From: a virus
Lineage: Duplodnaviria > Heunggongvirae > Uroviricota > Caudoviricetes
Virus record (IMG/VR): IMGVR_UViG_2778261392_000003
Strand: one strand, 5' to 3'
Length of the DNA: 26,096 bases
Position 1 is the stretch's first letter. Every line of letters starts with the position of its first letter. The notes below the pieces were generated by a model, which was given only the letters and a program-made list of their open reading frames with translations, ran no database searches and was not told the DNA's origin. A program made the position numbers and the translations under genes. Shown here in pieces: positions 19,229 through 26,096 of this stretch.

Positions 19229-19361
19229 CGGTGATCTGAACGCGTTGCTGGATGAAACGGAGGCCGCCTGGGCGGTCTGTGCAGACAAAGTGGACATGAT
19301 TATTGCGTGTCAGGAGCGAAACAGTGAACAAACCACAATCCCTGCGCCACGCCCTCAATAA
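19071..19361 (+). CDS. lysC: Outer-membrane lipoprotein spanin (LysC/Rz1-like)
   Basis: Signal peptide with lipobox LTLSGC; starts inside lysB in another frame, the typical spanin arrangement; GTG start. Confidence 0.6.
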   Translation: MRTRIYAAGLILLCLLTLSGCGNVRHSPEVQLTVSGCPRVTPCWLDQATPRTNGDLNALLDETEAAWAVCADKVDMIIACQERNSEQTTIPAPRPQ

Positions 19362-19755
19362 AGCGGTGCCTTATGTCCGCAATAACCCGGACAAACTGCA
19401 TCTGTTTGTGGATAACGGTTCGCTGGTTGCCACGGGGGCCAGCTCCATGTCGTGGGAGTACCGTTACACCCTGAACGCGGTGATTGAGGATTTCAGCGGC
19501 GACCAGAATCTGCTGATGGCCCCGGTTTTGCTGTGGCTGCGGGATAACCAGCCCGATGCCATCAATAACCCGGCGTTACGGGAAAAACTATTTACCTTTG
19601 AGGTGGATATTCTGCGCAACGATGTCTGTGATATCAGCCTTAACCTGCAACTGACGGAACGTGTGCTGGTCAGCACTGACGGCAGTGTGTCGAGCGTTGA
19701 AGCTGTAGCAGAACCCGATGAACCTGAAGAAATGTGGACGGTGAAACGTGGCTGA
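19324..19755 (+). CDS. R: Tail completion protein R (P2 gpR-like)
   Basis: GTG 19324 with AGGAG 7 nt upstream; about 143 aa; synteny. Confidence 0.75.
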   Translation: MNKPQSLRHALNKAVPYVRNNPDKLHLFVDNGSLVATGASSMSWEYRYTLNAVIEDFSGDQNLLMAPVLLWLRDNQPDAINNPALREKLFTFEVDILRNDVCDISLNLQLTERVLVSTDGSVSSVEAVAEPDEPEEMWTVKRG

Positions 19756-20194
19756 ACTGCAGAAGGTGGACGACTGGCTTAGTGCCTTACTGGCGAATCT
19801 GGAACCAGTCGCAAGAAGCCGCATGATGCGCCAGCTGGCGCAGGAACTGCGCCGGACACAGCAGCAGAATATCAGGATGCAGCGCAATCCAGATGGCAGC
19901 AGTTATGAACCGCGCAAGGTCACGGCGCGCAGTAAAAAAGGCCGCATCAAACGTCAGATGTTTGCAAAGCTGCGCACCACCAAATACCTGAAAACCGCCG
20001 CCAGCGCCGACTCTGCCAGCGTACAGTTTGAAAGTAAGGTGCAGCGCATTGCCCGCGTTCACCATTATGGCCTGCGCGATCGCGTCAGCCGCAAAGGACC
20101 GGAAGTGCGTTACGCAGAGCGTCGTTTGTTGGGTCTTAATGGTGAGTCTTACGTTCTAACTCTTGATATATTGAATAGATTCCTTCTGTCTTGA
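19748..20194 (+). CDS. S: Tail completion / virion morphogenesis protein S (P2 gpS-like); 3' end lies in AT-rich inserted DNA
   Basis: 148 aa; overlaps R stop; the last ~17 codons (from about 20143) are in visibly AT-rich sequence and overlap the 3' end of the opposite-strand membrane-protein gene. Confidence 0.75.
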   Translation: MAELQKVDDWLSALLANLEPVARSRMMRQLAQELRRTQQQNIRMQRNPDGSSYEPRKVTARSKKGRIKRQMFAKLRTTKYLKTAASADSASVQFESKVQRIARVHHYGLRDRVSRKGPEVRYAERRLLGLNGESYVLTLDILNRFLLS

Positions 20195-20942
20195 ATTCAC
20201 CATATGCCCAATGAATTGCATTTTTTTGTTCAGTCAGAATATATTTCCTAACTTTTTTAGAATAGTGAATGGTCAGTATAAAACCCAAAGAAATCCATAA
20301 TAGAATAAATATGGTTGTTGGGGCAAAGGAATAGATAAAGAATTTGTCTTTAACGAAATTCTTGACTTCTTCATCAATGTAAGCATTCCCTTCATCAGTG
20401 GTTAGTAGTTTACAAAGAATTTCTTTATGTTCGATAGTTAATGATTTGTACTTCTCTGTACTGGCAGAGGATGACTCTTCGCAATCATCCTTTGATATTT
20501 CCCAATCAGGAGTGGTTAATATTGTAGCTGCAGTCGCCAGTTTTTTTGACATATAAAATGATTCACCGGATTTTATCCAATAAAGCAATGTGCTATTTGG
20601 TGGGGTTCTAATGGCTTGGATGAAAACTGGACCAAAAATATAAATTGCACACAAAAAAAGAAGTGAAAAGAGAACCGTGATTGATTTTTCAGCCCATGTG
20701 ATAGTAGGCAGCCTTTTTAATGATATTCGTATAAGAAAAAAATTTAATATAAACGCAGGTATTCCTGATTTTTTCAAAATTACATCATGAGATTTTCTAT
20801 ATTTGAATAGTGCTCTTATAACTATCGTCACCAAAGTTATAACAGCTCCAATAATGGAAATCCATGCGGCAAGTGCCGCTGCCGGGGTGTTTAAAAATTC
20901 AGCATTAAATATATTAGAACTTATTGGATTCATAACACTCAT
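20136..20942 (-). CDS. Multi-pass membrane protein, unknown function (cargo gene between late operons; candidate superinfection-exclusion/abortive-infection protein)
   Basis: 268 aa; 3 hydrophobic helices in first ~110 aa (AAALAAWISIIGAVITLVTIVI; IPAFILNFFLIRI; ITVLFSLLFLCAIYIFGPVFIQAI), ~100 aa charged soluble domain, then a 4th helix (IFILLWISLGFILTI); ATG 20942 with AGGTGG RBS; strongly AT-rich; opposite strand to all flanking late genes. Confidence 0.65.
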   Translation of the reverse strand: MSVMNPISSNIFNAEFLNTPAAALAAWISIIGAVITLVTIVIRALFKYRKSHDVILKKSGIPAFILNFFLIRISLKRLPTITWAEKSITVLFSLLFLCAIYIFGPVFIQAIRTPPNSTLLYWIKSGESFYMSKKLATAATILTTPDWEISKDDCEESSSASTEKYKSLTIEHKEILCKLLTTDEGNAYIDEEVKNFVKDKFFIYSFAPTTIFILLWISLGFILTIHYSKKVRKYILTEQKNAIHWAYGEFKTEGIYSIYQELERKTHH

Positions 20943-20981
20943 TTATCCACCTATTGGTTGTTTTTTATCCTTTTATCAATT

Positions 20982-20999
20982 TGTACCATCGATACCACA
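20982..20999 (+). promoter_or_regulatory. Late-promoter activator site TGT-N12-ACA upstream of V (P_V-like)
   Basis: TGTaccatcgataccACA read directly, about 50 bp upstream of the V ATG, retained to the right of the inserted membrane-protein gene. Confidence 0.45.
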
Positions 21000-21045
21000 A
21001 TTTGCAAGAAGTTATAAACAAGTTTTCAGCTGTCATCATATATCT

Positions 21046-21624
21046 ATGAACGCACAACTAACCGAAATCATGCGCCTTATCACCAATCTGATCCGCATAG
21101 GTGTAGTCACCGAAGTGGACCGGGAAAACTGGCTTTGTCGGGTGAAAACGGGCGACCTTGAAACCAACTGGATTAACTGGCTGACGCTGCGCGCGGGTAA
21201 TGCCCGCACATGGTGGCGACCATCGGAAGGTGAGCAGGTGGTGCTGCTGAGTCTGGGCGGCAATCTGGAAACCGCCTTTGCGTTACCCGCCATCTATTCG
21301 AATCAGTTCGCGCCACCGTCGACGTCGGCGGACGCCTGCGTGATAGAACATCCTGACGGTGGCTGGTTTGAATACGAACCCGCCACCGGGCGCTGGTATG
21401 TCAGGGGCATCAAATCAATGGTCATTGAGGCCGCTGACAACATCACCATGAAAACCAGTGAGTTTGTACTGGAGGCTGACCGCACGCGCATTAACAGCGA
21501 AGTGGTGATCAATGGTGGCATTACCCAGGGCGGCGGAGCGATGAGTTCTAACGGGATCGTGGTTGATGCGCATCAGCATACTGGCGTCCTGAAAGGCGGC
21601 GATACAACTGGAGGCCCGGTATGA
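21046..21624 (+). CDS. V: Baseplate assembly protein V / spike (P2 gpV-like)
   Basis: About 192 aa from ATG 21046 (MNAQLTEIMRLITNLIRIGVV); the ORF-track 5' extension to 20803 runs through the AT-rich insert and is rejected. Confidence 0.8.
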   Translation: MNAQLTEIMRLITNLIRIGVVTEVDRENWLCRVKTGDLETNWINWLTLRAGNARTWWRPSEGEQVVLLSLGGNLETAFALPAIYSNQFAPPSTSADACVIEHPDGGWFEYEPATGRWYVRGIKSMVIEAADNITMKTSEFVLEADRTRINSEVVINGGITQGGGAMSSNGIVVDAHQHTGVLKGGDTTGGPV

Positions 21625-21980
21625 CGCTTTATAGCGGGATGAACAATACCAGCGGCAAAGCCATTACTGATATTGACCATCTGCGCCAGTCGGTGCGGGA
21701 CATTCTGCTGACACCACAGGGTAGTCGCATTGCCCGTCGTGAATATGGTTCCCTGCTGTCGGCACTGATAGACCAGCCACAAAATCCGGCATTACGCCTG
21801 CAGGTCATGTCGGCAGTGTATGTGGCGCTGAGTCGCTGGGAGCCACGGCTGACGCTGGATTCCATCACCATCCACAGCAATTTTGACGGTTCAATGGTGG
21901 TGGAGCTGACCGGGCGGCGGAATAACGGTGTGCCTGTTTCCCTTTCCGTATCAACAGGAGCAGAGAATGGCAGTGATTGA
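21621..21980 (+). CDS. W: Baseplate protein W (GPW/gp25 family)
   Basis: 119 aa; ATGA overlap with V. Confidence 0.85.
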   Translation: MTLYSGMNNTSGKAITDIDHLRQSVRDILLTPQGSRIARREYGSLLSALIDQPQNPALRLQVMSAVYVALSRWEPRLTLDSITIHSNFDGSMVVELTGRRNNGVPVSLSVSTGAENGSD

Positions 21981-22875
21981 CCTTTCGCAGTTGCCTGCGC
22001 CGCAGATTGTGGATGTGCCGGACTTTGAGACGCTGCTTGCCGAACGCAAGGCAGAATTTGTGGCGCTTCATCCGAAAGATGAGCAGGAAGCAGTGATCCG
22101 CACGCTGGAACTGGAATCTGAACCCGTCACCAAATTGTTGCAGGAGAACGCTTACCGTGAGTTGCTTCTGCGCCAGCGCATTAACGAAGCCGCGCAGGCG
22201 GTAATGGTGGCTTACGCGATGGGTGGCGATCTTGACCAGATCGCTGCCAACTACAACGTGAAACGCCTGACGGTGACGCCTGCTGATAATGACGCTGTGC
22301 CGCCCGTTGCAGCAGTGATGGAAAGCGATGAAGCGTTACGCCTGCGTGTGCCTGCAGCCTTTGAGGGGCTTTCAGTTGCGGGACCAACTGCCGCTTATGA
22401 ATTTCATGCCCGAAGCGCCGACGGTCGGGTGGCGGATGCCAGTGCAACCAGTCCGGCACCTGCAGAGGTGGTGCTGACAGTCCTTAGCCGCGAAGGAGAC
22501 GGAACAGCAGAAAAAGACCTGCTGGATGTGGTGGAGAAAGCACTGAACAGTGAGAATGTCCGCCCGGTGGCTGACCGTCTGACGGTTCGCAGCGCGGAAA
22601 TCATCCCGTACCGCGTGGAAGCCACCATTTTTCTCTATCCGGGACCGGAAGCAGAGCCGGTAATGGCAGCGGCAAAAGCCAGCCTGCAGAGGTACATTGC
22701 CAGTCAGACGCGTCTTGGTCGGGATATTCGCCGTAGCGCCATCTTTGCCGCCCTGCATGTTGAGGGTGTGCAGCGTGTGGAGCTGGCTTCTCCTCTGGCG
22801 GATGTGGTCCTGAACAAAACACAGGCGGCATCATGTACGCAGTGGAGCGTGACCAACGGAGGAACGGATGAATAG
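21967..22875 (+). CDS. J: Baseplate assembly protein J
   Basis: ATG 21967 with AGGAG RBS; about 302 aa; synteny. Confidence 0.85.
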   Translation: MAVIDLSQLPAPQIVDVPDFETLLAERKAEFVALHPKDEQEAVIRTLELESEPVTKLLQENAYRELLLRQRINEAAQAVMVAYAMGGDLDQIAANYNVKRLTVTPADNDAVPPVAAVMESDEALRLRVPAAFEGLSVAGPTAAYEFHARSADGRVADASATSPAPAEVVLTVLSREGDGTAEKDLLDVVEKALNSENVRPVADRLTVRSAEIIPYRVEATIFLYPGPEAEPVMAAAKASLQRYIASQTRLGRDIRRSAIFAALHVEGVQRVELASPLADVVLNKTQAASCTQWSVTNGGTDE

Positions 22876-23473
22876 TCTGCTGCCACCGGGTTCAACTTCA
22901 CTGGAGCGACGACTGGCGCAAACCTGCAGCGGGATTTCTGATCTGCAGGTGCCGCTGCGTGACTTGTGGAATCCGGCAACCTGTCTGGTCAGTTTCCTGC
23001 CTTATCTCGCCTGGGCGTTCTCTGTGGATCGCTGGGACGAGGGCTGGACAGAAAGCGTCAAGCGCCAGGTGGTGAAGGATGCTTTTTATATTCATCAGCA
23101 TAAAGGGACCACCAGTGCCGTGCGGCGGGTGGTGGAGCCGTTCGGCTTTCTGATCCGCATTATTGAGTGGTGGCAGACCGGAGAGGCACCGGGCACGTTT
23201 CGCCTGGATATCGGCGTGCAGGACCAGGGCATCACTGAAGATACCTATCTGGAACTTGAGCGACTGATAAGCGATGCCAAACCATGTAGCCGTCACATGA
23301 TCGGCATGTCCATCAATCTGCAGACCAGCGGCCCGCATTGGGTGGGAGCCGCCAGCTATATTGGCGAAGAAATCACGATCTATCCGTATATCAACGAAAC
23401 AATTATTTCCGGTGGCACCGCGCATGAAGGCGGGGCGGTCCATGTTATTGACACAATGAGAGTGAATCCATGA
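22868..23473 (+). CDS. I: Tail/baseplate protein I
   Basis: 201 aa; overlaps J stop; synteny. Confidence 0.85.
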   Translation: MNSLLPPGSTSLERRLAQTCSGISDLQVPLRDLWNPATCLVSFLPYLAWAFSVDRWDEGWTESVKRQVVKDAFYIHQHKGTTSAVRRVVEPFGFLIRIIEWWQTGEAPGTFRLDIGVQDQGITEDTYLELERLISDAKPCSRHMIGMSINLQTSGPHWVGAASYIGEEITIYPYINETIISGGTAHEGGAVHVIDTMRVNP

Positions 23474-24885
23474 GCACAAAATTTTATACCCTGCTGACGG
23501 ATATTGGTGCGGCGAAACTTGCCAGCGCCGCCGCGCTCGGTGTGCCTTTAAAAATTACCCATATGGCGGTAGGCGATGGCGGCGGAACATTGCCAACGCC
23601 GGACGCAAAGCAGACAGCATTAGTAAATGAGAAACGCCGGGCTGCGCTGAATATGCTGTACATCGACCCGCAGAACAGCAGCCAGATTATTGCTGAACAG
23701 GTGATCCCTGAAAACGAGGGCGGTTGGTGGATACGTGAAGTGGGCCTGTTTGATGAGTCCGGGGCATTGATTGCCGTGGGCAACTGCCCGGAAAGCTATA
23801 AGCCGCAACTGGCTGAAGGCAGCGGGCGTACCCAGACCGTGCGTATGGTGTTGATTACCAGCAGCACGGACAATATCACCCTGAAAATCGACCCTGCCGT
23901 AGTGCTGGCAACCCGCAAGTATGTGGATGACAAGGCACTGGAGCTGAAGGTGTACGTGGATGACCTGATGGCAAAACATCTTGTCGCACCGGACCCGCAT
24001 TCACAGTATGCACCCAAAGAAAGTCCGACGTTTACCGGAACCCCCAAAGCGCCAACGCCAGCGGCGGGGAATAACACCACGCAGGTTGCGACCACCGCGT
24101 TTGTTCAGGCGGCACTGACGGCTCTTATTAATGGTGCGCCAGCCACGCTGGACACGCTGAAAGAAATAGCCGTAGCCATTAACAATGATCCGAAATTCAG
24201 TACCACCATTAACAATGCGCTGGCACTGAAAGCGCCACTGTCGAGTCCGGCACTCACCGGAACGCCAACAGCACCTACTGCGGCACAGTCGGTCAACAAT
24301 ACACAGATTGCCACTACAGCTTTTGTGAAATCAGCGATTGCAGCAATGGTGGGTTCTGCACCCGCGGCACTGGATACACTGAACGAACTGGCGGCGGCAC
24401 TGGGGAATGATCCGAACTTTGCCACGACAATGCTTAATGCGCTGGCAGGTAAACAACCGCTGGACAATACGCTGACTAATTTGAGTGGAAAGGATGTAGC
24501 TGGTCTTCTCGCATACCTTGGTTTGGGAGAAGCGGCAAAACGGAATGTAGGTAACGGGCAAAACCAAATTCCGGATATGGCGGCGTTTGCCAGTTCACTT
24601 TCATCAACGGGTTTTCAAAAACTCCCTTCAGGTCTGATTATTCAGTGGGGTATTGTCAGTGGAGCATCAAACTATACGGTGACTTACCCGGTAACATTCC
24701 CAAATCGTTCACTTGCGCTGTTGACTGTGCCACATACAACGTCGGTGGCTGGTATATCTGCAATGGGCATAGCGAACTGTTCTGATATCAGCAAATCACA
24801 GTTCTATATAATTGTTGGCGGTATATCTCAGGGAGAAATTGTCAAATATGAAAGGTCCTGTTTTTGGGTAGCAATCGGTGTATAG
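23470..24885 (+). CDS. H: Tail fibre protein H (constant N-terminal part plus currently fused variable C-terminal cassette)
   Basis: 471 aa; repetitive PT/AT-rich shaft (TGTPKAPT...TGTPTAPT); C-terminal ~110 aa lie inside the inverted-repeat-bounded segment. Confidence 0.85.
   Translation: MSTKFYTLLTDIGAAKLASAAALGVPLKITHMAVGDGGGTLPTPDAKQTALVNEKRRAALNMLYIDPQNSSQIIAEQVIPENEGGWWIREVGLFDESGALIAVGNCPESYKPQLAEGSGRTQTVRMVLITSSTDNITLKIDPAVVLATRKYVDDKALELKVYVDDLMAKHLVAPDPHSQYAPKESPTFTGTPKAPTPAAGNNTTQVATTAFVQAALTALINGAPATLDTLKEIAVAINNDPKFSTTINNALALKAPLSSPALTGTPTAPTAAQSVNNTQIATTAFVKSAIAAMVGSAPAALDTLNELAAALGNDPNFATTMLNALAGKQPLDNTLTNLSGKDVAGLLAYLGLGEAAKRNVGNGQNQIPDMAAFASSLSSTGFQKLPSGLIIQWGIVSGASNYTVTYPVTFPNRSLALLTVPHTTSVAGISAMGIANCSDISKSQFYIIVGGISQGEIVKYERSCFWVAIGV
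24520..24551. repeat. Left inverted repeat of invertible tail-fibre segment (32 bp perfect, degenerate extension to about 24580)
   Basis: GGTTTGGGAGAAGCGGCAAAACGGAATGTAGG is the exact reverse complement of 26065-26096. Confidence 0.75.
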
Positions 24886-24893
24886 GTATATCT

Positions 24894-25289
24894 ATGATTT
24901 ATTTCTCAAAATCGACTAATGGTTTTTTCTTTGATGGTATAAACAGCGACATGCCTGCTGACATTGTTGAGATAAGTACAGACTTATACAATGAATTAAT
25001 TGCCGGACAGCAGGAAGGGGGTAAATTAATCACGTCAGATGAAAATGGTTTACCGGTACTGAAATCTCCGGCGATTGATTATGTCGCACGTGCTGAAAAT
25101 CAGCGAATGCAGTTACTTGCTCATGCCGATAATGTCACAGCTGACTGGCGGGTGGAATTAATGCTTGGTGATATCAGCAGTACAGATAAAGAAAAACTAT
25201 CTGCCTGGATGGACTACAAAAAAGAAGTAAAAGCCGTCGACACTTCGACGGCTCCTGAGATTAGCTGGCCTGAGTTACCGGAGGTGTAG
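24894..25289 (+). CDS. G: Tail fibre assembly protein (gpG/Tfa-like), cassette matching current orientation
   Basis: 131 aa from ATG 24894, 8 nt after H stop; C-terminus similar to the opposite-strand Tfa. Confidence 0.75.
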   Translation: MIYFSKSTNGFFFDGINSDMPADIVEISTDLYNELIAGQQEGGKLITSDENGLPVLKSPAIDYVARAENQRMQLLAHADNVTADWRVELMLGDISSTDKEKLSAWMDYKKEVKAVDTSTAPEISWPELPEV

Positions 25290-25704
25290 GCCATTCAATA
25301 TCTGGAGCACTGGAGGTATCCACCAGTTCCAGTGCGTCCAGGTAATCCAGCCACAAATTATATTGCGCCAGTTCCTCACCTTTCAGACGACCAATAGCTG
25401 CTTTGCCAGGCCATTGCTTACTGTTCATGTATTCGTTAGCCTGGTTAATTAGTAGCTGTCTTTCTGATTCAGTAATTTCAATAAGCTCTTCATGCGTGGG
25501 TGGAGGAATATCTGCCCACGCAGGCAGCCCATCATCTCCGGCAATACGGATTTTTCCTTGTGGCGGTTCAGCCATAAACTCACTGATAATATTTTGATTT
25601 ACTTCCTTTGCGTCTGATAAATCCCATCCCTCTGATTTATATTTATCAATCATATCCACAGGGAAAAAAGCATTATGCCTTGCGCTATAAACATATTCGT
25701 TCAT
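25261..25704 (-). CDS. Alternative tail fibre assembly protein (Tfa') for the inverted orientation
   Basis: 147 aa from ATG 25704; C-terminal DTSSAPDIEWPTPPV resembles plus-strand Tfa DTSTAPEISWPELPEV; convergent with and overlapping G by 29 bp. Confidence 0.7.
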   Translation of the reverse strand: MNEYVYSARHNAFFPVDMIDKYKSEGWDLSDAKEVNQNIISEFMAEPPQGKIRIAGDDGLPAWADIPPPTHEELIEITESERQLLINQANEYMNSKQWPGKAAIGRLKGEELAQYNLWLDYLDALELVDTSSAPDIEWPTPPVTQAS

Positions 25705-25724
25705 ATAAATCACCCTGAATAAAA

Positions 25725-26096
25725 TTACTCACCAACAGCCCACCAACTGTAATTCATCGATACTGTGGAGCTGGTTGATGCAGTTCTGTAAGCGGAATTA
25801 AAACCGGTTAGTGTTGGACCTTCTGCAGTCATCATAAATCCCCGTCCAGCGCCTAAAGGCGCACCACCATCACCAGAATGGGTAAGCATGGCGCAGTCCA
25901 CTTTTTTAGGAAAAGGGATGCTGAATGTAATTCTCATTGTTTGCGTCGATAATGTCGGCGTAATCGCACCACGACCATATTGCAGGATTTTCCCGTTGGG
26001 TAATTTCATCCATCCATCACCACTGGCAAAAGAGGTCATGTCCGGTATCTGATTTTCCCCTGTTCCTACATTCCGTTTTGCCGCTTCTCCCAAACC
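25725..26096 (-). CDS. Alternative tail-fibre C-terminal cassette (no own start; becomes the H C-terminus after inversion); runs to the window edge
   Basis: Open frame begins within the right inverted repeat with [11 protein letters not shown], the same peptide as H residues encoded at 24520-24551, then diverges; stop at 25725. Confidence 0.7.
   Translation of the reverse strand, partial: GLGEAAKRNVGTGENQIPDMTSFASGDGWMKLPNGKILQYGRGAITPTLSTQTMRITFSIPFPKKVDCAMLTHSGDGGAPLGAGRGFMMTAEGPTLTGFNSAYRTASTSSTVSMNYSWWAVGE
26065..26096. repeat. Right inverted repeat of invertible tail-fibre segment (cut by window end)
   Basis: Exact reverse complement of 24520-24551. Confidence 0.75.

Noticed and set aside
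20803-21045. 5' extension of gene V to 20803 (273-aa version)
   Set aside because: The extension runs through the AT-rich insert and the late-promoter dyad and overlaps the opposite-strand membrane gene; the conserved V N-terminus begins at ATG 21046.
25261-25289. Convergent 29-bp overlap of the two tail-fibre assembly genes as a possible regulatory antisense element
   Set aside because: Both genes are homologous Tfa cassettes of an inversion system where only one is expressed per orientation; the overlap is adequately explained by compact cassette packing.
1-26096. CRISPR arrays, rRNA or tRNA genes
   Set aside because: No direct-repeat/spacer periodicity and no tRNA-like or rRNA-like segments were recognisable anywhere in the window.

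Overview
The window is one contiguous stretch of a temperate P2/186-family myovirus prophage of an enterobacterial host. It runs from the integrase stop codon at position 1 to an invertible tail-fibre segment that is cut off at the window end. The backbone is complete and syntenic: a leftward int / cI-like repressor operon; a rightward, translationally coupled early operon (apl-like, cII-like, small ORFs, TraR-like zinc finger, Dam methyltransferase, replication endonuclease A); a LexA-box-fronted DinI-like module; then portal, terminase, capsid, lysis, baseplate and tail-fibre genes. Three AT-rich cargo insertions interrupt this backbone, judged by eye, not computed. (1) A KAP-family P-loop NTPase sits between the repressor and int. 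(2) A two-gene ABC-ATPase + HNH-nuclease operon with Septu (PtuA/PtuB) architecture, plus a divergent highly acidic small protein, occupies the A-to-Q position. (3) An opposite-strand multi-pass membrane protein lies exactly at the boundary between the S and V late operons. The most novel-looking candidates are the membrane protein, the KAP NTPase and the acidic protein. All functional assignments come from motif and synteny recognition by eye; no database search was run.
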